From Gammaproteobacteria bacterium (GTDB lineage Bacteria; Pseudomonadota; Gammaproteobacteria; Steroidobacterales; Rariloculaceae), in the NCBI GenBank assembly GCA_022826245.1, contig JAJDVG010000028.1:8489-72488 (forward strand): 64,000 bases of DNA, in the 5' to 3' direction. Shown here in pieces: positions 46,541 through 57,148 of this stretch. A model generated the notes under the pieces. The model had not been told where the DNA came from, made no database searches, and was given only the letters and a program-made list of their open reading frames with translations. Both the position numbers and the translations under genes were made by a program. Within the stretch, counting starts at the first letter, position 1, and the number at the start of each line of letters is the position of its first letter.

Positions 46541-47950
46541 ATGTCGTCAGCCGACGTTTTGAAGATGATTGAAGAAAACGGCGTGAAGTTCGTCGATCTG
46601 CGTCTTACGGACACGCGCGGGAAGGAACAGCATGTCAGCGTGCCGGCGCACATCGTCGATGAAGCCTTTTTCGAAGACGGCAAGATGTTCGACGGCTCGT
46701 CGATCGCCGGGTGGAGGGGCATCCACGAGTCGGACATGATTCTCATGCCCGATACATCGACCGCGGTCATGGACCCGTTCACCGAGGAAGCCACGCTGAA
46801 CATGTTCTGCAACGTGATCGAGCCGATGACGCTGCAGGGCTACAGCCGCGACCCGCGTTCCACCGCGGTACGCGCCGAGGCGTATCTGCGGTCCACAGGC
46901 ATCGCCGACTCCGCCTATTTCGGCCCGGAGAACGAGTTCTTCGTGTTCGACGATGCTCACTGGCAAACCCAGATGCATAGCACCTTCTACGCGATCAAAT
47001 CGAACGAAGGGGCCTGGCAGTCCGGCGACGAATTCGAGGAAGGCAACATCGGCCACCGGCCCCGGGTCAAGGGCGGATACTTCCCGGTGCCGCCGGTCGA
47101 CTCCCTGGCGGACGTCCGCTCGGCGATGTGTCTGGCGCTGGAGGACATGGGCCTGACTACCGAGGTGCACCATCACGAGGTGTCCACCGGCGGGCAGGGC
47201 GAAATCGGCGTCAAGTTCGACACCCTCGTCAAGAAGGCCGACGCCGTGCAGATCCTCAAGTACGTCGTCATGAACGTCGCGCACAGCTACGGCAAGACCG
47301 CGACCTTCATGCCGAAGCCGCTCGTCGACGACAACGGCAACGGCGCGCACGTGCACCAGTCGCTGGCGAAGGACGGCCAGAACATCTTCATGGGCGACGG
47401 TTACGCGGGGCTTTCCGATGCGGCGCTGTACTACATCGGCGGCATCAAGAAGCATGCGCGAGCACTGAACGCGTTCACGAACGCCGCGACGAACAGCTAC
47501 AAGCGGCTCGTCAAGGGCTTCGAGGCGCCGACGCTGATCGCCCACTCGGCGCGCAACCGCTCCGCGGCCGTGCGCGTGCCGTTCGTCGCGAACCCGAAGG
47601 CCCGCCGGGTCGAGGTCAGGTTCCCGGACAGCACCGGCAACCCGTACTTCGCGTTCAGCGCGATGTTGATGGCCGGACTCGACGGTATCGTGAACAGGAT
47701 CGACCCGGGCGAGCCCGTCGACAAAGACCTCTACGATCTGCCGCCCGAGGAAGAGAAGAACATCCGCACGGTCTGCTTCTCGCTGGGCGAAGCGCTCGAG
47801 GAGCTCGACCGCGACCGCGATTTCCTCAAGGCAGGCGAAGTCTTCAGCGACGATCTCATCGACGCGTACATCGACCTCAAGCAGGACGAGCTCACGCTGC
47901 TGCAGAAGTCGACGCATCCCGTCGAATTCGAGATGTACTACAGCTTGTAG
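46541..47950 (+). CDS. glnA: Glutamine synthetase type I-beta
   Basis: [28 protein letters not shown], adenylylation motif DKDLYDLP. Confidence 0.99.
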   Translation: MSSADVLKMIEENGVKFVDLRLTDTRGKEQHVSVPAHIVDEAFFEDGKMFDGSSIAGWRGIHESDMILMPDTSTAVMDPFTEEATLNMFCNVIEPMTLQGYSRDPRSTAVRAEAYLRSTGIADSAYFGPENEFFVFDDAHWQTQMHSTFYAIKSNEGAWQSGDEFEEGNIGHRPRVKGGYFPVPPVDSLADVRSAMCLALEDMGLTTEVHHHEVSTGGQGEIGVKFDTLVKKADAVQILKYVVMNVAHSYGKTATFMPKPLVDDNGNGAHVHQSLAKDGQNIFMGDGYAGLSDAALYYIGGIKKHARALNAFTNAATNSYKRLVKGFEAPTLIAHSARNRSAAVRVPFVANPKARRVEVRFPDSTGNPYFAFSAMLMAGLDGIVNRIDPGEPVDKDLYDLPPEEEKNIRTVCFSLGEALEELDRDRDFLKAGEVFSDDLIDAYIDLKQDELTLLQKSTHPVEFEMYYSL

Positions 47951-47985
47951 GCGGACGACCGAAGCCGCCGTCAGCGACCGAATCT

Positions 47986-48008
47986 GGCGGGATCGTCAAG
48001 ATCCCGCC
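47986..48008 (+). terminator. Hairpin downstream of glnA
   Basis: GGCGGGATC-GTCAA-GATCCCGCC perfect 9-bp stem; weak U-tract. Confidence 0.55.
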
Positions 48009-48051
48009 CGTTCGGTTGGTCCGCGCCGAGCGCGGGCGGTAAGCTTGGAGT

Positions 48052-48603
48052 GTGCGTACTTGGCTGATCCTTTCCTGCATGCTCTTCTCGACCGCGAGCC
48101 TGGCCGTGCCGGTCTGGACGTGGGTGGACGAACACGGCCTGCGGCACTTCTCCGACCGGCCGGGACCGGGCGCGCGCCTGATCGAACTCGCGAGCGCGCC
48201 GGCCGTCTCGCTGCCTGCGGCGCCGGCGCCCGCAGCGGTCGGGTCGGCGCCGAACGATGCCGGCGCCGCGGTACCCACAAGGCCGTACACGACCTTCGCG
48301 GTCGCGAGTCCGGCGGACGGGCAGACCCTGTGGAACATCGGAGGCCGGCTCGAGGTGCGCGTGGAACTGGCGCCGGCGCTGCAGCCGGGCCATCGGCTCG
48401 ACGTGGAGTTCGACGGCCGGCGGCTGGAGCTCGCGGCGGCCGCGCCGCAATTCACGGTCCCGGACGTCTACCGGGGGACGCATACGCTCAATGCCGTGAT
48501 CGTCGACGACCGGGGCGAGGAGCTGCTTCGCTCGTCCGGCGTGACGTTCGCGGTGCAGCAAACGAGCATTCTCAACCCAAACAATCCGCAAAATCCCCGC
48601 TGA
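48052..48603 (+). CDS. DUF4124-domain secreted protein
   Basis: Signal peptide, WTWVDEHGLRHFSDRP, Ig-like C-terminus YRGTHTL; typical glnA-ntrB position. Confidence 0.8.
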   Translation: MRTWLILSCMLFSTASLAVPVWTWVDEHGLRHFSDRPGPGARLIELASAPAVSLPAAPAPAAVGSAPNDAGAAVPTRPYTTFAVASPADGQTLWNIGGRLEVRVELAPALQPGHRLDVEFDGRRLELAAAAPQFTVPDVYRGTHTLNAVIVDDRGEELLRSSGVTFAVQQTSILNPNNPQNPR

Positions 48604-49659
48604 GGCACCGGCCGCGCGCGCCCGGCGCCGACAGTCTGCTGCGCAGCCAGACGACTGCGCTCGTCGCCGTCGACGACACGCTGACCGTGACTTTCCTCAA
48701 TGCCGCTGCGGAGAACCTGCTCGGGCTCAGCGAGCGGCAGGTCATCGGGCGAACGATCGAATCGCTTGCGCAACCGTCGGCGGAACTCGTCAAGCTCTGC
48801 CGCAGAGCGCTCAACACGGGGTTGACCATCGGCTTGCGCGAGTTCGCCGCGCGCATCGGCGAGCGCGAACTCAACCTGCACTGCCAGGCCGCGCCGATCG
48901 ACGACGAGCGCGGCCTGCTGCTCGAGCTATTCGATACCGACCGGGACAGCACGATCCGCCGCGAGGCGGAAATCGAGGCCCAGCGCAAGCTGTCGCGGCA
49001 GGTGATCCGCCAACTGGCCCATGAGGTCAAGAACCCGCTGGTGGGCCTGCGGGGCGCCGCGCAGCTCCTCGAACGCCAGCTTCCGCGCCCCGAACTCAAG
49101 GACTACACGCGCGTCATCATCGACGAGGCCGACCGGCTTGCGGCCCTGGTCGACAGCGTCCTGTCGACCGGCGGCGCGCCGGTGCCGGACGAGTTCAACC
49201 TGCACGAGATCACCGAACGCGTAGCGAATCTGCTTGCGGCGGAACTGCCGCCCGGCGTCGAACTCGACCGCGACTACGACCCGAGCCTGCCGCCGCTGCG
49301 GGCCGACCGCAGCCAGATGATCCAGGCCTTCCTGAACCTGGCGCGCAACGCCATGCAGGCGGTCGGGGCGGACGGGCGCATCGTGCTCAGGACGCGGGCG
49401 CTGCACAATCACCGGATCGACGGCGGCCAGCACCGGCTCGTGCTCTCGGCCGAAGTACAGGACGACGGACCGGGAGTCTCGGCGGATCTTGCCGGGACGA
49501 TCTTCTATCCGCTGGTCACGGGCAGGAAGTCGGGCACGGGGCTCGGGCTCACGATCGCCCAGGACCTCGTAAGCCGCAACGGCGGCTACATCGAATACCG
49601 GAGCCGGCCGGGCAAGACGGTCTTTCGAATGCGCCTGCCCGTCGACGGAGCCGCCAACA

Positions 49660-49667
<8 letters not shown>
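48600..49667 (+). CDS. glnL: Nitrogen regulation sensor kinase NtrB
   Basis: PAS domain, LAHEVKNPL.GLRGAAQLL, DYDPSLP, GTGLGL; start uncertain. Confidence 0.92.
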
Positions 49668-51060
<1,393 letters not shown>

Positions 51061-51077
51061 CGCGACTCCGCGCAATA

Positions 51078-52010
51078 TCACGAACGGCCGGACGTCCTCT
51101 CGATATCGGCGATGACCGCCTCGGCGAGTTCGAGTGCGGCGATGCCGTCGCGCCCGGTCACGCGGCAGGGCGTGTCGCGGAGCACGGAATCGACGAAAGC
51201 CTCGGTTTCGGCAAGCAGGGCGTCGCCCTTGTCCAGGCGCCAACTCCGCTCCTCCAACGGCTGTGCGCCGCCGCTCGTCACGCGCCGCACCTCGCCTCCG
51301 CCGAAGTCGAGCGACACGTACTGATTCTCCTGGAACACGCGGAACTTGCGTTGGGCGCTCATCGAGACGCGCGATGCCGTGACGTTCGCGATGGCGCCGT
51401 TCGCGAACTCGATGCGGGCGTTGGCGATGTCGGTGCTGTCCGTGAGCACGGCGATCCCGACGGCCGACACCTTGCGCGGTCGGGCGTCCACGAGCGAGAG
51501 GATCACGTCGAGATCGTGAATCATCAGGTCGAGCACGACGTTGACGTCGGCGCCCCGCGCATTGAAGGCCGCGAGCCGGTGGCACTCGATGAAGCGCACA
51601 TCGTCGAGCGTCTCGCGCGCGGACAGCAGCGCCGGGTTGAACCGCTCCACGTGCCCGACCTGCAGCTTCAAATCGCGCTGCTCGGCGAGTTCGGTCAGGG
51701 CAACCGCCTCGCGGCTGGTCGGCGTCATGGGCTTTTCGACGAGCACGTGCACATCGTGCTCGAGAAAGAGCCGCGTCAGCTCGAAGTGCGCCGCCGTGCT
51801 CGCCGCGACCGTGACGGCATCGACCTTGCCGAGCAGCTCCCGGCAATCGCGAAAGAACGTCGTGCCGAGTTCCCGGGCGACCGCCTGGCCCACGTCGTCG
51901 CGAATGTCACAGACCGCGACGAGTTCCGCGCTCGGCAGCGCCGCGTACTTCTGCGCGTGAAACCGGCCGAGGTAGCCCACGCCGACGACGGCGACGCGCA
52001 GCCGCTTCAC
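51078..52010 (-). CDS. Gfo/Idh/MocA oxidoreductase, GnnA-like (putative UDP-GlcNAc 3-dehydrogenase)
   Basis: VAVVGVGYLGRFHAQKY, VEKP, GHVERFNPA, DLMIHDLD; GTGA-coupled to lpxA. Confidence 0.8.
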   Translation of the reverse strand: MKRLRVAVVGVGYLGRFHAQKYAALPSAELVAVCDIRDDVGQAVARELGTTFFRDCRELLGKVDAVTVAASTAAHFELTRLFLEHDVHVLVEKPMTPTSREAVALTELAEQRDLKLQVGHVERFNPALLSARETLDDVRFIECHRLAAFNARGADVNVVLDLMIHDLDVILSLVDARPRKVSAVGIAVLTDSTDIANARIEFANGAIANVTASRVSMSAQRKFRVFQENQYVSLDFGGGEVRRVTSGGAQPLEERSWRLDKGDALLAETEAFVDSVLRDTPCRVTGRDGIAALELAEAVIADIERTSGRS

Positions 52011-52792
52011 GGCCTTGCCACCCCTCGCTCGGAGGTCGCGAGAAAGTCGACGAAGTGCTCCATCCGCGGGCTCGGCGCGCACTCTTCGCCGATTCGCGCC
52101 AGGACCTCATCCATCGTCAGCGACCGGTCGAGCAGGATCCTGAGCGCCCGATCGAGGTTCCTGCGTTCCGCCGCATCGACGCCGGCGCGCCGGAGCCCGA
52201 CCCGGTTCAGCGCTCGCGGCACGGCCCAGTGACCTTCGGCGATCGTGTACGGCGGGATGTCCTTGTTGGCGAAGGCCCCGGCCGTCAGGAAGCAGAACGA
52301 CCCGAGCCGGACGAACTGCGTGACGCCCGCAAGCCCGCTCAGCAGCGCGTCGTCCTCGACCGCGACGTGGCCTGCGAGCTGGGTGGCATTGGTGATGACG
52401 ACCCGGTCGCCGACCCGGCAGTCGTGGCCCAGATGCACGAACGCCATGATCAGGGTGTCGTTGCCGATGCGCGTGACGCCGCCGCCCTTCGGCGTGCCGA
52501 CGTTGATGCTCACGTATTCGCCGATCCGGTTGCCGTCGCCGATCACGAGTTCCGTGTCGGCGTCGACGTAGCTCGTATCCTGGGGAGGGCCGCCAAGCAC
52601 GGCTCCGGTCTGAATGAGGTTGTCCGCGCCGATGCGCACCCGCCCGTGACGCCCGCCGAGGCGCGCATGCGACTCGACGATCGTGCCCGCGCCGATCTCG
52701 ACCCGGCCCTCGATGACGCAGTACGGGCCGACTTCGACATCGGCAGCCAGCCTGGCTCGATCGGAGACGATTGCTGTGGGGTGGATGCTCAA
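52007..52792 (-). CDS. lpxA: Acyl-ACP--UDP-GlcNAc(3N) acyltransferase
   Basis: IHPTAIV, hexapeptide repeats, GGPPQD, HLGHDC, LAGHV, LNRVGLRR. Confidence 0.88.
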   Translation of the reverse strand: MSIHPTAIVSDRARLAADVEVGPYCVIEGRVEIGAGTIVESHARLGGRHGRVRIGADNLIQTGAVLGGPPQDTSYVDADTELVIGDGNRIGEYVSINVGTPKGGGVTRIGNDTLIMAFVHLGHDCRVGDRVVITNATQLAGHVAVEDDALLSGLAGVTQFVRLGSFCFLTAGAFANKDIPPYTIAEGHWAVPRALNRVGLRRAGVDAAERRNLDRALRILLDRSLTMDEVLARIGEECAPSPRMEHFVDFLATSERGVARP

Positions 52793-52876
52793 GGCTGCTC
52801 GCTCACGGTCGGTTCAGGGCTCCATTACACCAGAGCGCTTGCGAGAGCAAGCGAGACCCGAGCAGAATTGCCGCCC

Positions 52877-53914
52877 ATGCCCGCGAATCTGAGTCCCGAG
52901 TACAAGAAGGCCGAACAGGCGTTTCGCGCGGCCCGCGACGAAGCCGAGCGGCTGGCCTGCCTCAAGGACATGCTGAGGACGATTCCGAAGCACAAGGGCA
53001 CGGAACACCTGCAGGCGGACATCAAGAGCCGCATCAAGCAGCTTACCGAGGAGCTCGCCGGGCCGCGCAAGGGCGCCACGCGCACCGGTCCCGTGCATTC
53101 CGTGCGGCGCGAAGGCGCCGCACAGATCGCCCTGCTCGGACCGCCCAACGCCGGCAAGTCGAGCCTCCACGTCAGGCTCACGGGCTCGCGCGCCGACATC
53201 GGGCCGTATCCGCACACGACCCACGCGCCGATGCCGGGCATGCTCGCCTACGAAGACATCCACTTTCAGCTCATCGACCTGCCGCCGATCTCGGCGGACT
53301 TCTTCGAGCCGTGGTTCGTCAACGCCCTGCAGCCCGCCGACGCGGCCATGCTCGTCGTCGACATCTCCGATCCGGATTGCACCGATCATGTCGTGACGAT
53401 CCTCGAACGGCTCGAGGAGAGGAAAATCACGCTGAGCGAGCGCTGGCCGGCCGCCGGGCAGCCCGCGCCGGACGCGGACGATGCCGGGGACGAACTGGCG
53501 CTCGACCCGTTCCGGATCAATCTGCCCACGCTTCTGGTGGCGAACAAGATCGACCGCAACCCGGACCCCGAGGACATCCGGGTGCTCAAGGAACTGACGG
53601 GCGTGAGCTTTCCCGCGCAGGCGGTTTCGACCGAATCGAGTCAGGGGCTCGACGCGCTCGGCCGGTTTCTTTTCACGCAACTTAAGGTCGTGCGTGTCTA
53701 TACCAAGGCTCCGGGCAAGCCGGCCGAGATGGACCGGCCGTTCACGCTGCGCACGGGAGCGAGCGTGCTCGACGTGGCGCGCCTCGTGCACAAGGACTTC
53801 GCTGGGTCGCTGCGCTATGCGCGCGCCTGGGGGGGAAAGGTGTTCGACGGTCAGCAGGTCGGACCGGAGCACGAGGTCGTCGACGGCGACATCGTCGAAC
53901 TGCACATGCGCTGA
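52877..53914 (+). CDS. DRG/OBG-family GTPase with TGS domain
   Basis: MPANLSPEY..IPKHKGTE N-terminus, GPPNAGKSS, YPHTT, DLPP, NKID, C-terminal DGDIVELH. Confidence 0.88.
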   Translation: MPANLSPEYKKAEQAFRAARDEAERLACLKDMLRTIPKHKGTEHLQADIKSRIKQLTEELAGPRKGATRTGPVHSVRREGAAQIALLGPPNAGKSSLHVRLTGSRADIGPYPHTTHAPMPGMLAYEDIHFQLIDLPPISADFFEPWFVNALQPADAAMLVVDISDPDCTDHVVTILERLEERKITLSERWPAAGQPAPDADDAGDELALDPFRINLPTLLVANKIDRNPDPEDIRVLKELTGVSFPAQAVSTESSQGLDALGRFLFTQLKVVRVYTKAPGKPAEMDRPFTLRTGASVLDVARLVHKDFAGSLRYARAWGGKVFDGQQVGPEHEVVDGDIVELHMR

Positions 53915-53920
53915 CAGGCG

Positions 53921-54874
53921 TCAGCCGCTGGCCGGAACGTCGAGCGCATCGCCGGAGTCGAGCGCGCCAACGAGTTCGGCGACGGACCCAAGACCGTGTG
54001 AGTCAAGGTAACTCGCGAGCCCGGCGTTGATCTTCTTCGCGGCCAGCGGATCGTAGAAGAGCGCCGTGCCGACTCCGACGGTGGCGGACCCGGCCAGCAG
54101 GAAGGTCAGCGCATCGTCCGCGGTCTCGATTCCACCCTGGCCGATGATGGGCGTGCCGTCGCGCCTGACTTCCTCGTAGACCTGGTGCACCTTGAGCAAA
54201 GCGATCGGCCGGATCGCCGGACCCGACAGCCCGCCCTGGATGTTGCCGATGATCGGCTGACGCGTTTCCGGGTCGATGGCCATGCCCATGAGCGTGTTGA
54301 TGACGGCGAACGCGTCGGCGCCGGCGTCGACGCAGGCGCGCGCGTTCGCGGCGATGTCGGTCTGGTTCGGCGAGAGCTTGACGATGAGCGGTTTGCGCGT
54401 CACCGCGCGGCAGGCCGCGACGACCTGCGCCGACATCCCCGGGTAGTTGCCGAATGCCACGCCGCCCTCCCTGACGTTCGGGCAGGAGATGTTGATCTCC
54501 ATCGCGTCGATGGGCGAATCGTCGAACCGCCGCGTGACCTCGGCGTACTCCTCGACGGTCGAGCCGCAGACGTTGGCGATGAAGCGCGTTTCGTCGAAGT
54601 CGAGCTTCGGCAGGATCTCGCGGATCACGTGATCGACGCCGGGATTCTGCAGGCCGATCGCGTTCAGCATGCCGGCGGGCGTCTCCCAGACGCGGTGCGG
54701 GGCATTACCGAGCCGCGGCGCAAGCGTCGTGCCCTTGAGGACGATCGCGCCCGCGTCAGTGTTCGAGAAGCCCGCGACGCGCGTGTACTCCTCGCCGAAG
54801 CCGACACAGCCCGACAGCAGCACGATGGGCGAGTCGAGCTTAAGGCCGCAGAAGTCGATGGCCAGGGGGTTCAT
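53921..54874 (-). CDS. pyrD: Dihydroorotate dehydrogenase, family 1
   Basis: MLNAIGLQNPG, NISCPN (Cys base), VKLSPN, GGLSGPAI; no membrane anchor. Confidence 0.9.
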   Translation of the reverse strand: MNPLAIDFCGLKLDSPIVLLSGCVGFGEEYTRVAGFSNTDAGAIVLKGTTLAPRLGNAPHRVWETPAGMLNAIGLQNPGVDHVIREILPKLDFDETRFIANVCGSTVEEYAEVTRRFDDSPIDAMEINISCPNVREGGVAFGNYPGMSAQVVAACRAVTRKPLIVKLSPNQTDIAANARACVDAGADAFAVINTLMGMAIDPETRQPIIGNIQGGLSGPAIRPIALLKVHQVYEEVRRDGTPIIGQGGIETADDALTFLLAGSATVGVGTALFYDPLAAKKINAGLASYLDSHGLGSVAELVGALDSGDALDVPASG

Positions 54875-54972
54875 GGATCGGCAGCGTCCGGCGTCGTGCT
54901 CGCGGCAGCGTCGCAAGCATTATTGTGCGCCGCTCGATGCCGCATCAAGCCGGGCAAGCGCGGCGCCATCCG

Positions 54973-55983
54973 CTAACCAAGTTCGGCCATCACCGGCCGG
55001 CGCATGAGCGCGGCAACGGCGTCGTGGGGGCTGACGCCCTCGTAGAGCACCCGGTGGATCTGCTCGACGATCGGCATGCCGACATCGAGCCGCTTCGCTA
55101 CCAGACGCACGGATCGGGCGCCGAAGTAACCCTCGACGACCTGACCGATGTCGCGCCGGGCCTGCCGGGCGGTCTGACCGCGGGCGAGCGCAAGGCCGAA
55201 GCGGCGGTTGCGCGACTGGTCGTCGGTACAGGTCAGCACGAGATCGCCCATCCCGGCCAGGCCCATGAACGTGTCCCGGCGCGCGCCGACCGCAAGCCCG
55301 AGCCGGGTCATCTCGGCCAGGCTCCGGGTCAGCAGCGCGATGCGCGTGTTGGCGCCGAAGCCCAGACCGTCGGAGATTCCCGCGCCGATCGCAAAGACGT
55401 TCTTCGTGGCGCCGCCGACCTCCACGCCGATGATGTCGCTCGAGGTATAGGCGCGAAAGGTCTCCGTCGTGATCGACTCGGCCAGCCCTCGCGCGTAGTC
55501 GGCGCTCGCCGAGGCAATCGTCATCGCGCTCGGCAATCCGGCCCCGACCTCGGCCGCGAAGGTGGGCCCGGAAAGGACGCCCGTCGGCAGGTCGAGAGGC
55601 AACACCTCGGCGACGACCTGGTGGGGCAGGAGGCCCGTTTCGAGCTCGAAGCCCTTGGTCGCCCAGGCGAGACCCCGCAACGGGACGCCGCTGGCCGCGA
55701 TGGCCGCGAGCGTCTCGCGGAAGGCGTGGCTCGGCACCGCGACGAGCACGTCCTCGACACCGTCGAGCGCATGGGTCAATTCCGCGGTGACGGACAGGCC
55801 CGCGGGGAAGTCCGCGCCCGGCAGATAGCGCCGGTTGGCGCGGTCGCAGGCCAGGGATTCGACCTGCGCGCGGTCGCGGCTCCAGAGCACCGTCCCGCGG
55901 CCGGCGCGGGCCAACTGGATCGCGAGCGCCGTACCCCAGGAACCGGCGCCGAGCACCGCGACCGGATTGGGGCCCGTGACCAC
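54973..55983 (-). CDS. gpsA: NAD(P)H-dependent glycerol-3-phosphate dehydrogenase
   Basis: GAGSWGTALA, SGPTFA, GDLVLTCTDDQSRNRRFG. Confidence 0.97.
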   Translation of the reverse strand: MVTGPNPVAVLGAGSWGTALAIQLARAGRGTVLWSRDRAQVESLACDRANRRYLPGADFPAGLSVTAELTHALDGVEDVLVAVPSHAFRETLAAIAASGVPLRGLAWATKGFELETGLLPHQVVAEVLPLDLPTGVLSGPTFAAEVGAGLPSAMTIASASADYARGLAESITTETFRAYTSSDIIGVEVGGATKNVFAIGAGISDGLGFGANTRIALLTRSLAEMTRLGLAVGARRDTFMGLAGMGDLVLTCTDDQSRNRRFGLALARGQTARQARRDIGQVVEGYFGARSVRLVAKRLDVGMPIVEQIHRVLYEGVSPHDAVAALMRRPVMAELG

Positions 55984-56034
55984 TGTTCGGCTTACGCTTT
56001 CGTGCCCATGGCAGCGCTGCAGGCCGCGATCCGC

Positions 56035-56544
56035 CTAATGGGTTTCTCCGGGATCGATCAGCGGCTGCGGGGCGGCGGGCGCGCCTTCCTGTTGCTGCTG
56101 CTCGCGTTCGCGCAGGGCCTGCGCGTAGAGGGCGTCGAAATTGATCGGCTGCATCAACAGCGGCGGGAAGCCTCCCCTCGTGGACAGGTCCGAGATCGCT
56201 TCGCGCGCGTAGGGATAAAGCGTCGCGGGACAGTAGCTGCCGATCAGCGTCTGGCGTTCCTCGGCCGTATAGCCCTGCAACAGAAACACGCCGGCCTGGG
56301 TGATCTCGACGAGAAACAGCGTATCTTCGTTGAGCTTGGCTTCCGCCGTCATCGTCAACGTGACCTCGACGTTGTCCCCGCCGATGTCCTTGTGACCGGA
56401 GCGCATGTTGAGCTGCGTCTGGGTCTGTTCGTCGGTTTCCATCCTGAACACGTCGGGCGCCTTCGGGGATTCGAAGGACAGGTCCTTGACGTAGATCTTC
56501 TGCAGGATGAGCTGTTTCGTCGGAGTCGTCTGTTCGTCGGCCAT
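56035..56544 (-). CDS. secB: Protein export chaperone SecB
   Basis: QKIYVKDLSFESP, CPATLYPYARE, GGFPPLLMQPINFDALY. Confidence 0.96.
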   Translation of the reverse strand: MADEQTTPTKQLILQKIYVKDLSFESPKAPDVFRMETDEQTQTQLNMRSGHKDIGGDNVEVTLTMTAEAKLNEDTLFLVEITQAGVFLLQGYTAEERQTLIGSYCPATLYPYAREAISDLSTRGGFPPLLMQPINFDALYAQALREREQQQQEGAPAAPQPLIDPGETH

Positions 56545-56588
56545 GGTGGTGGTTCTCTTCTGGTCAGGTTGGTTCGGCGCCGTTGCGT

Positions 56589-57008
56589 CTACTTGACCAA
56601 CGGCAGGTTTTCGGAGCGCCAGCCGGCGAGTCCCGTGCGCATGCTGACGACATTCTCGAAGCCCGCCTTGCGCAGTGCCGAAGCGGCCTTGGCGGAGTCC
56701 GCGCCGTTCTCGCATACGGTCAGCAGCGCCTTGCCCTTCGGTTTCTTGACGGCCTTGTCGCTCGTCTCGATCTCGCGGAGCTTGATGTTGCGGGCGTTGA
56801 CGATGTGGCCTTGCGAGAAGGCTTCGGTCTGGCGCACGTCGATGACGACGGCGCCGCGGTTGATCAATTGCACGGCCTCGCCGGGCAAGACGGAAGTACC
56901 GCTCTGCGCCCTGAGCTTGAGCTCATAGAAGATCACGGCCGTGAGCGACGCCATCACGGCTATGGCGAGGTAGGGGTGGTTCGCGGCAAATTCGGCCAAC
57001 TGGCCCAT
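56589..57008 (-). CDS. Membrane-anchored rhodanese-like protein (YibN-like)
   Basis: N-terminal TM, IDVR..FSQGHI, CENG, GLAGWRSENLP. Confidence 0.9.
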   Translation of the reverse strand: MGQLAEFAANHPYLAIAVMASLTAVIFYELKLRAQSGTSVLPGEAVQLINRGAVVIDVRQTEAFSQGHIVNARNIKLREIETSDKAVKKPKGKALLTVCENGADSAKAASALRKAGFENVVSMRTGLAGWRSENLPLVK

Positions 57009-57073
57009 GGAGCGCCCCGCACGAGCGAAAAGACGCGCAATTATAGCAGCGGCAAATTGCTGCATCGCCGGTC

Positions 57074-57103
57074 GATCGGCCGTCTTCGGCCAGGCGTTTC
57101 GCG
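57074..57103 (-). repeat. 30-bp double-hairpin dispersed repeat, copy 3
   Basis: Minus strand CGCGAAACGCCTGGCCGAAGACGGCCGATC; 29/30 identical to copy 2. Confidence 0.85.
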
Positions 57104-57148
57104 CAATGCAGCGGGGCTTTTGCCATGGGCTGCTAAACTGGACACCCG

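Noticed and set aside
52055-52876. N-terminal extensions in the ORF track (619-aa GTPase; also glmU, rsmG, secB, rnpA, ntrB)
   Set aside because: The extensions overlap neighbouring genes or lack homology; family N-termini indicate later starts.
56545-57148. Absence of grxC and gpmI around the rhodanese gene
   Set aside because: Local gene-order variation is common and the genes may lie elsewhere; cannot be judged from this window.
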